From the NCBI GenBank assembly GCA_964291395.2, contig OZ219856.1:640001-704000 (forward strand): DNA of 64,000 nt, in the 5' to 3' direction. Below are positions 27,461-36,431 of this stretch, piece by piece (position 1 is the stretch's first letter; each line of letters opens with the position of its first letter). Both the position numbers and the translations under genes were made by a program. The DNA comes from Alphaproteobacteria bacterium. GTDB taxonomy: Bacteria; Pseudomonadota; Alphaproteobacteria; UBA2966. The notes beneath the pieces are model-generated. The model was not told the DNA's origin and ran no database searches. It worked only from the letters and a program-made list of their open reading frames with translations.

Positions 27461-27534
27461 GGGCGGAATTCGCCGACGGACGTGCAGGGGGCGGAATTCG
27501 CCGACGGACGTGCGTCCCGCCCGTCGTCACGCTA
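27461..27534. repeat. Right 51-bp direct repeat (27484-27534) preceded by a partial 25-bp copy (27461-27485)
   Basis: GGGCGGAATTCGCCGACGGACGTGC occurs three times: at 26543, 27461 and 27489. Confidence 0.9.
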
Positions 27535-27561
27535 TTCTGAAGATGCACCGGGAGGTAGAAA

Positions 27562-27966
27562 ATGACTGACTCCGGCTTCGTCGTGGACCGCCCCGACGTC
27601 AAGGGCTTCGGGGCGCCGGTTGCCGACTACAGTTCCGTCGTCGGCGTGCGCGGGGGCCGTATTCTCTTCATCGCCGGCAAGGGGCCCGTCGACGAGAACG
27701 GCGTGACCGTGAGCGACGACGTGGAAACCCAGATCCGGCAGGCCATGGCCAACATGAGGGCGGCTCTCGAGGTCGCGGGCGCCGGGCTCGAGCACGTCGT
27801 CAAGGTCAACGCCTACTTCACGACCAAGGCTGCCGTTCCCTTCTGGAAGCAGGTCCGGCTGGAGAATTTTCCGGTCGATTTTCCGGCGGCTACCGCGGTG
27901 ATCGTCGCCGGTCTCGCGGTCGACGACTGGCAGGTCGAGATCGAGGCCTACGCGGCGGTCCCCTGA
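27562..27966 (+). CDS. RidA/YjgF family protein
   Basis: SD GGAGGT; LFIAG, QIRQAMAN...LEHVVK, FPAATAVIVAGL...VEIEAYA. Confidence 0.9.
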   Translation: MTDSGFVVDRPDVKGFGAPVADYSSVVGVRGGRILFIAGKGPVDENGVTVSDDVETQIRQAMANMRAALEVAGAGLEHVVKVNAYFTTKAAVPFWKQVRLENFPVDFPAATAVIVAGLAVDDWQVEIEAYAAVP

Positions 27967-28111
27967 GCGGCGCCGACGGGTCCGGGCCTCGCCGGATCGG
28001 CGTTTGGATTTCCGGGGAGGTTCGAGTAAAACCGGAACCGTTCCGGCGGAACGGCGGCGGCGATGTCGACGCCGCCGTCGCGGGCAGAGTAGCGAACCGG
28101 AGGGACCACGC

Positions 28112-29563
28112 ATGAGCACGCAATCCGACGACGCCCATCCCGGCTTCAGCCGCGGCGGGGGCCAGGCCTACAGGGGCTACGAGAAGACCGGGGTCCTGCC
28201 CGAGGATGCCGAGCTGACGCATACCGATCCGGGAACGCCCATGGGCGCTCTCATGCGCCGCTTCTGGCAGCCGGTGTGCCTGTCCGAGGAGTTGACCGAC
28301 GTGCCGCGCGCGATTCGCATCCTGGGCGAGGACCTCGTGGCGTTCCGCGACAAGTCGGGGCGCGTCGGCGTTCTCCACCGGCACTGCGCCCACCGCGGCG
28401 CCTCGCTGGAGTACGGGATCATCCAGGAGACCGGCATCCGGTGCTGCTACCACGGCTTTCATTGGAACGTGGACGGGACTCTCCTCGATGTGCCCGGCGA
28501 GCCGGACGGCGGCGAGCGCATGTCCGGGATCGTCGGCCAGGGCGCCTATCCCGCGTTCGAGCGCTACGGCATGGTGTTCGCCTACATGGGCGACTACGAG
28601 GAGATGCCGAGGTTCCCGGACTGGGAGTTCTTCCGCACCTACGGGGACCTGGAGTTCGCCTCCTACTCCAACATCTACCCGTGCAACTGGCTTCAGGTGT
28701 TCGACAACATCCCCGACCAGATGCACACCTCCCAGCTCCACAGCCCGCACATGCGCGTGATCGGCGACGACGACGACGGGAGCTATCCGGCGACCGCCTT
28801 CAATCCGGTCTTCGCGCAGATTCCGGTCATGGAATACGCCTCGGTCCGCGACGACACGGCGATGATCTTCAGCGCCGGGCGCCGGGTGGGCCGGGACAGG
28901 GTCTGGGTGCGTCTCAACGACGTCATCCTGCCGAACCTCACTCTCCATCCCTATACCGCCGAGGATGGGCGCGAAGCCCGCTACTTCCATCGCGTCTACA
29001 TGGCGCGCTGGTACGTCCCCGTCGACGACGAGAACAGCATCGTCTTCGGCATCCGCATGTTCGGCGAGTCGGTCGACCCCTTCGGCGTGGGCGACAAGTC
29101 CAAGTGCGGATACGACATGGCCGACTTCCTCGACGGGCAGACCGGCGCGCGGCCCCGCGAGGTGGCGCAGCGCCTGCCCGGCGACTGGGATGCCGTGACC
29201 AGCCAGCGGCGGATCGCCCGGCACGCGATGGAGAACCCGACCAAGGAGGACGTCGGGGTCTACATGAACCGGAAGAACCTGCGCCAGGCCGTTCGCGGCG
29301 AGAACCCGTACATGGCGCAGGAGGCCGTTCACGCGCGCGCCAACGCCGGTCGGCGGAACTACGTCTACACCAACAACACGGTGCTGGACATCCCGGTGCA
29401 GGACGGCCGGGACGACGGCGAGCTCGTTCGCGAGGTCTGCCGGAAGGTGCTGGAGATCGCGGTCGCGGGCGACGCCCACGAGGGCGCCGAGCGCGACGCC
29501 TTCATCGAAGGCGCGCTGAGGGACTACGAGCGGTCCTTCGCCGCCGCCGCGGCGGCGGAGTAG
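28112..29563 (+). CDS. Rieske oxygenase alpha, phthalate 4,5-dioxygenase-like class
   Basis: PGTPMGALMRRFWQPV, CAHRGASL...CCYHG, CNWLQVFDNIPDQMHTSQLH. Confidence 0.9.
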   Translation: MSTQSDDAHPGFSRGGGQAYRGYEKTGVLPEDAELTHTDPGTPMGALMRRFWQPVCLSEELTDVPRAIRILGEDLVAFRDKSGRVGVLHRHCAHRGASLEYGIIQETGIRCCYHGFHWNVDGTLLDVPGEPDGGERMSGIVGQGAYPAFERYGMVFAYMGDYEEMPRFPDWEFFRTYGDLEFASYSNIYPCNWLQVFDNIPDQMHTSQLHSPHMRVIGDDDDGSYPATAFNPVFAQIPVMEYASVRDDTAMIFSAGRRVGRDRVWVRLNDVILPNLTLHPYTAEDGREARYFHRVYMARWYVPVDDENSIVFGIRMFGESVDPFGVGDKSKCGYDMADFLDGQTGARPREVAQRLPGDWDAVTSQRRIARHAMENPTKEDVGVYMNRKNLRQAVRGENPYMAQEAVHARANAGRRNYVYTNNTVLDIPVQDGRDDGELVREVCRKVLEIAVAGDAHEGAERDAFIEGALRDYERSFAAAAAAE

Positions 29564-29574
29564 GAGCCGGAATT

Positions 29575-29609
29575 CGTTCGGGGTCGGACCTCGGGTACGA
29601 CCCCGAACG
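29575..29609. terminator. Perfect 12-bp stem-loop between convergent genes
   Basis: CGTTCGGGGTCG-N11-CGACCCCGAACG; weak U-tract. Confidence 0.5.
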
Positions 29610-29611
29610 TT

Positions 29612-30517
29612 CTACCCGCCGTCCAGCTCGCGGACCAGGTCGGCGACCGCCTGTCCGATCTCGTCGGGGCTGTCTTCCTGGACGTAGTGGACTCCCGGAA
29701 CGACGATCTCCCGCGTATTGGGCAGATTGCGGCAGAAGTCGATGCGCGGCCCCTGGATGAGGCCGCCCGGCCGGCCCCGGATGAAGACCTTGGGGAGCCG
29801 CGTCTCCTGGAGCCACGCGGCGTTGGCCTCCACCGTGGCGACGACGTCGGCCGGCTCGCCCGAGATCGGCAGGTTGCGCGCCCAGGTCAGCGTCGGGCGC
29901 CGGCCTTCTCCCGGTTCGGCGAAGGGCCGGCGGTAGGCGTCCATCTCCTCTTCGGTGACCCGGCGCAGGGTGCGCGAGGGGATGCGGGTCTCCACGAACA
30001 TGTTCTCCTCGAGGATCATCCGCTCGCCCTCGGGAGAGCGCAGGCGTTCGAACCAGCGGCGCGTGGAGTCGGCGTCCTCGGGGTTCTCGGGGAATTCCTC
30101 CCAGGTGAAGGGGGTCACGATGGCCTCGAAGTGGACGATCCCGCCCATGCGGCCGGCGTGGCGGCGCGCCCAGTCGAAGGCCAGCACCGAGCCCCAGTCC
30201 TGCCCCACCATGACGACCCCGTCGCCGAGGTCGAGCGCGTCGAGCAACCCGTCGAGATACTCCCGGTGGACGGCATACCGGTAGGCCTCGTCGTCGGACG
30301 ACGGCAGCTTGTCCGACTCCCCCATGCCGATGAGGTCCGGCGCGATGCAGCGCGCCACGGATGCCACGGGCGGGATGACGTTCCGCCACAGGTAGGATGA
30401 CGTCGGGTTCCCGTGCAGGAACACCACGGGCCTCCCGGCCCCGGTCTCGACGCAGGCCATGGAGCGGCCGAGGACGGTGACGCGCCGGCGCGGGTGAGGG
30501 TCCCCGGTCGAGATCAC
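29612..30517 (-). CDS. dhaA: Haloalkane dehalogenase (LinB/DhaA subfamily)
   Basis: FLHGNPTSSYLWRN, APDLIGMGESDK, QDWGS, ENMFVE, RRPTLTW, GVHYVQEDSPDEIG; GTG start overlapping upstream TGA. Confidence 0.9.
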   Translation of the reverse strand: MISTGDPHPRRRVTVLGRSMACVETGAGRPVVFLHGNPTSSYLWRNVIPPVASVARCIAPDLIGMGESDKLPSSDDEAYRYAVHREYLDGLLDALDLGDGVVMVGQDWGSVLAFDWARRHAGRMGGIVHFEAIVTPFTWEEFPENPEDADSTRRWFERLRSPEGERMILEENMFVETRIPSRTLRRVTEEEMDAYRRPFAEPGEGRRPTLTWARNLPISGEPADVVATVEANAAWLQETRLPKVFIRGRPGGLIQGPRIDFCRNLPNTREIVVPGVHYVQEDSPDEIGQAVADLVRELDGG

Positions 30518-31230
30518 TCCTGCACGAACTCCTCGACGCGCGGCTGGATCTCGTCCCAGGCCTTCGACTCGTCGCCGTGGAAACGGTCGTCGTCGGGGGT
30601 CTTGTAGGCGAAGATGTTCTCCGGCTCGACGATGGTGTAGTCGTAGTAGCCGAGGCGCCCCACCGGCCGCAGCTTCCTCATGTCGATCAGCCCCTCGTCG
30701 GTGATCACCTCGTCGGCGACGTGGATCTGGACGACGTGGCCGATGACTATCGCGGCCCGACTGCCGTCCTGCGGCGTGGGCATGTCGATGGTCTGTATGT
30801 GCTTGCATTCCATGGCGATCGGAGAGTCCTTCAGGCGCGGCGGCCCGACCTTCTCGCACGGCACGCCCTCCAGCCCGGCCTCCTTCATCTCGTCGAAGCT
30901 CCGGGGCGAATGCTTGGATGTGACGACCATCTGGTCGAGGAGCTCGGCCGTGCACATGTTGTAGACGAACTCGCCGGTGTCCTCGGCGTTGGTGAGCGAG
31001 TCCTTGCTTTCCCGGGTTCCCGGCTTGAAGTAGTTGGGGCAGAAGATGACGCAGGGCGGGGAACCGCTGACCTGCGCGAAGAAGCTGAACGGTGCCAGGT
31101 TGAAGTCGCCGTCCGGGCTCACCGTGCTGATCCAGCCGATCGGCCGCGGCACCACGAGGGCGTTGTAGACCGTGTGTTTGAACGGCGGCGGACGCATGCC
31201 GACTTCGTTCGGATCGAAATGCACCATCAT
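30514..31230 (-). CDS. Flavin reductase-like (DIM6/NTAB) protein
   Basis: VVPRPIGWIST...NLAPFSFF, KDSLTNAEDTGEFV, SPIAMEC, PVGRLG. Confidence 0.9.
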   Translation of the reverse strand: MMVHFDPNEVGMRPPPFKHTVYNALVVPRPIGWISTVSPDGDFNLAPFSFFAQVSGSPPCVIFCPNYFKPGTRESKDSLTNAEDTGEFVYNMCTAELLDQMVVTSKHSPRSFDEMKEAGLEGVPCEKVGPPRLKDSPIAMECKHIQTIDMPTPQDGSRAAIVIGHVVQIHVADEVITDEGLIDMRKLRPVGRLGYYDYTIVEPENIFAYKTPDDDRFHGDESKAWDEIQPRVEEFVQE

Positions 31231-31634
31231 GCTGCTCCCGAAGTTCGCTTGTGCGCGGCGTTTATAGGCCAACAGCGGCGAGAAGTCAGCCATGTCGACG
31301 TAATGATTCGTGGACCGACGGCGAAGACGCCGGAGCCACGACGGACGAGCGCGGCAGGGCGAAGCTCAAGGGCCTGCGAAAGTCCATCAGCGGCCGCAAC
31401 GCGGTCTGAGCGCCCACGACCCGCGCCAGAGTCGGACCCGAGGTCCGGCGCGACTCCGTTTCGGACTTCATCATGTCGATACGATCGTGCGTGCTCTCGC
31501 CCCCCTTTGTGAGCCGGTCGACATATCCTTCCGGATCCGGTCGATGCCGCGCGGTTGCGGGTGATCCGACGCGCTATCCGGATAAGGCGCCGGAGGCTCC
31601 GCCCGAGCCGGAGGCGAATTGCCGCACTGATACA

Positions 31635-31768
31635 CGGCCGGTTGCCTGGACCGCCGCGATGGGGCAGTTTGCCATTCTGTTCGAGGAGCGTTTTCGGGCC
31701 TCAGCGCGCTGAGGCCCGAAAACGCAAATGCCCACCAAGCGGCTTACACAGACATTCGGGCATACCCA
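31635..31768 (+). mobile_element. IS256-family right-end remnant
   Basis: WTAAMGQFAILFEERF, typical of the IS256 transposase C-terminus, followed by TTACACAGACATTCGGGCATACCC resembling the terminal inverted repeat. Confidence 0.75.
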
Positions 31769-31924
31769 AAGAACTTTCTCACACGCAGAGCCCCGATGCG
31801 CATATCCTTTGTGAGAACTTCGGGTTAGGGTGGGGTTCTCAGCACAAGCTCCAGCCTGCCGATCGCCTTCGGATCGCCGACCAGCGCTACGCGCGCTGCG
31901 GCCACATTCGAAGGAGGTCTCTCC

Positions 31925-32059
31925 ATGTCAGAGCAGCATGCACCCACGGCGCGCGGCGAACGCCTGCACAAATGGATCATGTATGGCTCCATCGTCGGCG
32001 TAGCCGTGCTCACCCTGGTGCTCACCCTGACAGGCGTGCTCCAGCCCGCGGTTACATAA
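31925..32059 (+). CDS. 44-aa single-TM small protein
   Basis: SD AAGGAGGT; MSEQHAPTARGERLHKWIMYGSIVGVAVLTLVLTLTGVLQPAVT*. Confidence 0.6.
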   Translation: MSEQHAPTARGERLHKWIMYGSIVGVAVLTLVLTLTGVLQPAVT

Positions 32060-32143
32060 CTCCTGGTTCCAACAGGGATGCCACTGTCCGGGACCGGGCC
32101 GCTCTCAGCGGTCTCGTCCGGCTCGCCGGATCCGGAGACAATC

Positions 32144-32242
32144 ATGACCCTGCCGAGAAGAATGGGCGTTGGCCACTGGGCCATCGTCACGGTATCCGCC
32201 GTGCTGATAGCAATCATCGCGCTGGCATACTTCGTATCCTGA
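32144..32242 (+). CDS. 32-aa single-TM small protein
   Basis: SD GGAG; MTLPRRMGVGHWAIVTVSAVLIAIIALAYFVS*. Confidence 0.5.
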   Translation: MTLPRRMGVGHWAIVTVSAVLIAIIALAYFVS

Positions 32243-32486
32243 TACGCGACCGGCCCTGGCGGGCCGGTCGCTTACCGGGACAGGTCCGTAGAAGGGAAAG
32301 AGGGCGCTTGCGCTTGCGCGTGCGTGTATTGCGTGTATGGTTCGCCCCGCGTTACCAAGTCGTTGTTGCTTAACCGATTGCCCGCGCGAACGGGCGGCCA
32401 GGTTTCTTCCCCGACATTGTGAACGTTTTTCAGGGGCGCCGCATGAGGCGGCGCCTCGCTCAACTGTCGTGAGAGGAAAAGCGATC

Positions 32487-32696
32487 ATGGCTACAGGTAC
32501 TATCAAATGGTTCGACCCGGCCAAGGGTTACGGGTTCATTCAGCCCGAGGATGGCTCTCGGGACGTGTTCGTCCATATCAGCGCCGTGGAGAGGGCCGGT
32601 CTCGGCACATTGAACGAAGGGCAGAAGGTGTCCTTCGAGGTCATGTCGGGCCGGGACGGCAAGTCGTCCGCCGAGAACCTCGCACTCGCCGGCTGA
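32487..32696 (+). CDS. cspA: Cold-shock protein
   Basis: MATGTIKWFDPAKGYGFIQPEDGSRDVFVHISAVERAG. Confidence 0.97.
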   Translation: MATGTIKWFDPAKGYGFIQPEDGSRDVFVHISAVERAGLGTLNEGQKVSFEVMSGRDGKSSAENLALAG

Positions 32697-32751
32697 CATC
32701 AGGACGGGGCGGCCGCCGGCTGCCCCACCTGAACACCGAGGAGCGCGCGTA

Positions 32752-32934
32752 TTGCCCCGAAGGTCGAACTACAGTTTCGAAAAGCGCCAGCGGGAACTCG
32801 CGAAAGCCGAGAAGAAGGCGGCGCGGCTGGAAGCCCGGGCCCGGAAACGGAAACCGCAGGCGGTCGGAGGCAAGTCCGGAGAGAGCGAAGGTCGGGCCGC
32901 TGGAGATCCTCCAGAGGTCGAGAAGGCGCGGTGA
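32752..32934 (+). CDS. Small basic protein (NYSFEKRQRE type)
   Basis: SD GAGGAG, TTG start; NYSFEKRQRELAKAEKK. Confidence 0.6.
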   Translation: MPRRSNYSFEKRQRELAKAEKKAARLEARARKRKPQAVGGKSGESEGRAAGDPPEVEKAR

Positions 32935-33175
32935 GCGGCACAGACATGAACTGCGAGATGGCGACCCGCGGGGTCGCCGTCAGCCGCCGTGGGCGGAAGA
33001 AAATGCCCATGGAGACTTGTGGGACGCCGGAGCGGATGACGCCGGAAGAGCGCGAGGTCTACTGGCGGCATTGGAGAAATTCACCGTTCGGAAGCGACGT
33101 GGCTCATCCGCTCGACCTGCCGCCCTTCCTCAGGAAGCCGGTACGGCCGCCGGATTTGCCGGAAAAGGGGAGCGC

Positions 33176-33826
33176 GTGACGGACCGCCAGTGCGAGCCCG
33201 TCCTTGGCCGGATCCTGCTTTACGTCCACGACATCGAGGGTGTCGCCGAATTCTACGCACTCCATTTCGGCCTCCGGATTCTCAAGGAAGAGGGTGATCG
33301 TATCGTTGAGCTGGAAAGCCCTGGCGGGGCTGGGAACAACATCATGCTTCACCCCTTGGGCCGCGGGCGCAAAAGCGGCCAGACCGTCGCCAAGCTGGTC
33401 TTCGACATACCTGATGTCACAGCCTTTTGCGCTCGGGCCGCCAGGCACGGGCTCGAGTTCGGCCCGATGCACAAAGGCGACGGCTACGTCTTCGCCAATG
33501 CGAAGGATCCGGCGGGTAACTCCATCTCCGTATCGAGCCGTGCCTTCCGGCACAGCCGCGAGGCGGCTGCGGACAAGGCTGCAGCCGGTCCACGCCAGGC
33601 CGGCCTCCAGGAAGTGATCATGGCCGCAGGCGTGCCCGCGCTCACTCACGCGCAACTGCGTCTGGGTTATGACGCGGCGCTGGCGGAGACCGGTGTGCGC
33701 CTCGAAATACAGGCGACCCACGACGTCTGGTTGCGCCAGGTCGCCGCCAAGAAGACCCCGCTGCGCAAGCCGCTGAGCCACTGGATCGACTTCTGCAGGC
33801 GCCGAGCACAGGAGGTGGGGTGCTAG
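33176..33826 (+). CDS. VOC/glyoxalase family protein, read through into an unrelated C-terminal segment
   Basis: LGRILLYVHD...FY..HFG...KLVFD...ANAKDPAGNSISVSSRAF, then ~85 extra aa. Confidence 0.7.
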   Translation: MTDRQCEPVLGRILLYVHDIEGVAEFYALHFGLRILKEEGDRIVELESPGGAGNNIMLHPLGRGRKSGQTVAKLVFDIPDVTAFCARAARHGLEFGPMHKGDGYVFANAKDPAGNSISVSSRAFRHSREAAADKAAAGPRQAGLQEVIMAAGVPALTHAQLRLGYDAALAETGVRLEIQATHDVWLRQVAAKKTPLRKPLSHWIDFCRRRAQEVGC

Positions 33827-33883
33827 CTACAGCAACCGTATAGAGGATGGGTACACGCTGCCGCTGTAAATCCTACCGACATT

Positions 33884-33960
33884 ATGTGGATCCCCAAGAC
33901 CATGGACCAGGCGATGATCGACGAGGTCGTCGGTCAGTTCGGTGCCGCCGCCCGATGGCA
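33884..33960 (+). pseudogene. Short internal fragment of an old-yellow-enzyme (NADH:flavin oxidoreductase) gene
   Basis: IPKTMDQAMIDEVVGQFGAAAR. Confidence 0.45.
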
Positions 33961-34060
33961 ATACCGCCGCAGCACAGGGGAAGGGAGGCAGGCGGACGGA
34001 CGGTTACTTCTCCGCCCGCCCATTTGGGGAACGCCGGATCGACAGGATGAGGAGGTCGCC

Positions 34061-34465
34061 ATGGACGATCGAATTTTTCACATGGTCGGCGATGCGCCCG
34101 CCCCGGTGGCGCCATATAGCCACGCAGTCGAAGTCGATGGCTGGCTGTTCGTTACCGGTCAGCTTCCGATCGACCCAGCCGATAACGATGCGCCGTTGCC
34201 GTCGGGCATCGAAAACCAGACCCGCACCATATTTCATAATCTTGAGATCGTCCTCGGTCACGCCGGCTACGCCTTGACGGACGTGGTGAGTGCACGCGTG
34301 TTCCTCACCGACTTTCGTCGCGATTACGCAGCAATGAACGCGGTTTACGCGAGCTATTTCAATGCTGATCGACAGCCGGCGCGAACCTGCGTCGGCGTGA
34401 GTGGATTGGCGCGCGAGGCGCTGGTCGAGATCGATTTCGTCGCCCGTAAATCGGGCAAGAGCTGA
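34061..34465 (+). CDS. RidA/YjgF family protein
   Basis: SD GAGGAGG; APAPVAPYSHAV...FVTGQLP...MNAVY..YF...PARTCVGV.GL...VEID. Confidence 0.92.
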   Translation: MDDRIFHMVGDAPAPVAPYSHAVEVDGWLFVTGQLPIDPADNDAPLPSGIENQTRTIFHNLEIVLGHAGYALTDVVSARVFLTDFRRDYAAMNAVYASYFNADRQPARTCVGVSGLAREALVEIDFVARKSGKS

Positions 34466-34880
34466 CTCAAGGTAGAGTCTTGCACGGTACGCACGTCAAG
34501 CACTTCTCCGCCAAGCACGGCACCTACCGGCAGGCGGAACTGGTGCGGTCGCGCATGCGGCCGACCCCATGCCAGGCCGCCTCCAGACAAAACGGTGCTG
34601 ACAGGGGTGTGGATTGGAAGCCGATCAGCACGTCAACCGGTTGTTTTTGCTCGATCTAGAAGGGTCGATAGCGAACGCCGAAATGGAATGGTCCCTTTTG
34701 GCCGAATAGTTTCAGGCGACGGAGCCGATCGGGGTGCGGGCTCGGTACTCCTCGAAGCGGGTGGGCTCGAATCGCCGGGTATCCTGGGCGCACGGTGGGG
34801 AGCTTCGCAGTTCGATCGCGCCGGGTCCATCACCGTCTCGAGGAGGTGGCAGAGCCTGAGGAGACGAGCTCCCGCGCGCC

Positions 34881-35903
34881 TCAGCAGCCCAGGATGCAGC
34901 CAGGATGGGACGAACGCCCCACAATGCGCTCCCACAGCCGCTCTCCCCAGCCGGGCGGATAGTCGAGTTCCGGCTCTTGCCGCACCGGCGCCGGCTCGAC
35001 CGCCTGCCCCTCCCGACGGCCCACCACGAACGAGAACGCGTACCGCTCCTCCAGCCCCATGCGCAGATCGGAGATTGCGATCTCCCCGCTCTCGCGCTCG
35101 CGGCCCGCGAAAAAGCCCCGGGAGAACCACATCAGGCGCTCGACCGGCGCTTCCCCGCGGAGCCGCTCCAGGAGCTCGTGGCCGTCCGGGCGCGACACGA
35201 ACGAGAACCTGCGTTGCGCATCGAGAAGGGAGTAGTAGCCCTCGAGGAAGTGCCCCTCGCCGGTCATCGCGACCACCCGCCACAACACCGCGTTGAAGGG
35301 CGTGGGAACGGTGAGCCAGCGGGTCGTGCCCGCAACGGGCAGGGACTCCTCCGCCACACGGTCAACGTGCACCTTGATGGCGACCGTGCAGGCGAGCCAT
35401 GCGACGGCGACCGCGAGGCCCGCGTTGCTCAGCCGGTGCCTCAGATCGCCCCGGCGCATGGCGAGCGCGCCCGCCATCCCGATGATGAGGGGCACGGTGA
35501 ACACCGGATCGATTATGAAGATCGTCGCCCACCCCACCGGCAGGTCCGAGAACGGCATCAGGACCTGGGTGCCGTACACCGTGAAGCAGTCCAGGATCGG
35601 GTGGGTGACGAGTGCGAGGAACACCAGCACCAGCCAGCCCCGCCAATAGGGGCGGGTTGCAGGGTGGATTCGGGTCGCTGCCCAAGCGATGGCTGGTGTC
35701 GCGAGGGCGAGCAGAAGGAATGAGTGGCTGTAGGCGCGGTGCCAAGTGAACGCGGCCATCGGGTCCGCATACGGCCAGAAGACGTCGAGGTCCGGTGCGA
35801 GACCGCAAAGCCCTCCCCACACTGGCGCCCGCCGACCCACCTTGCGCCCGAGGACCGCTTCGCCCACCGCGGCCCCGAGCGCTACCTGGGTGACGGTATC
35901 CAC
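34881..35903 (-). CDS. Inner-membrane metal-dependent hydrolase (YdjM-like)
   Basis: MDTVTQVALGA, PDLD, HRAYSHS, THPILDCFTVYGT, IFIIDP, DLRMG. Confidence 0.92.
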   Translation of the reverse strand: MDTVTQVALGAAVGEAVLGRKVGRRAPVWGGLCGLAPDLDVFWPYADPMAAFTWHRAYSHSFLLLALATPAIAWAATRIHPATRPYWRGWLVLVFLALVTHPILDCFTVYGTQVLMPFSDLPVGWATIFIIDPVFTVPLIIGMAGALAMRRGDLRHRLSNAGLAVAVAWLACTVAIKVHVDRVAEESLPVAGTTRWLTVPTPFNAVLWRVVAMTGEGHFLEGYYSLLDAQRRFSFVSRPDGHELLERLRGEAPVERLMWFSRGFFAGRERESGEIAISDLRMGLEERYAFSFVVGRREGQAVEPAPVRQEPELDYPPGWGERLWERIVGRSSHPGCILGC

Positions 35904-36039
35904 TGGCTCCGGTCAGGATGGACCAGGGTCGTGCGCACGGGCGGCGAGGCCGGTCGCGGCCCCGCGACACCGGACGGTCCTACGGTTTGCGGCATCATCG
36001 CCCGAGGTCCGCTCCAACGAAGCCGCCGTATACAGCGAC

Positions 36040-36071
36040 GATTTGCCGTCCTCGGATTTGCCGTCCTCGGA
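36040..36071. repeat. 15-bp tandem duplication
   Basis: GATTTGCCGTCCTCG x2. Confidence 0.8.
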
Positions 36072-36431
36072 CGCTGTTTCGACATCGGTACCCGCAGCGA
36101 TCGATACGCGTATCGACATGACAGAGTCAGCCATCCGCCCCTGGACCATTTGTCGCATCTCTTGTTCTCATCCTGTACCCCAACGAGTATCGCTTTTTCG
36201 ATCGCTATTCTGCCGACTATGTTGTTCATTCTTTGCACGGGTCGTTTGCGATGGTGCAACCCGTCCGCACCGCCGCTCCCTTACCGAAGAACTGCTGCCC
36301 TGGAACTTCACTGATCCCCTCCTGTGCCGGGCGGCGCGAGGTCGTGGACCTCAACGCTACGGCCGCCCGGCTGCAAGGTATCGTGGACGGGGCGGAAATT
36401 GCGATCGACAGTCGGAACCTTGGAAGAGCTA

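Noticed and set aside
26538-27534. Three-copy repeat as a CRISPR array
   Set aside because: Irregular spacing, genes between copies, no spacers or cas genes.
29612-30955. 447-aa dehalogenase with long N-terminus
   Set aside because: The extension is an off-frame overlap of the flavin reductase gene; the coupled GTG at 30517 fits better.
32507-33826. 439-aa ORF as one protein
   Set aside because: N-terminal half is an off-frame overlap of cspA and small ORFs; only the part from 33176 is protein-like.
34500-34880. Possible gene remnant between ridA and the hydrolase
   Set aside because: Only a weak peptide (TRFEEYRARTP); not enough to assign.
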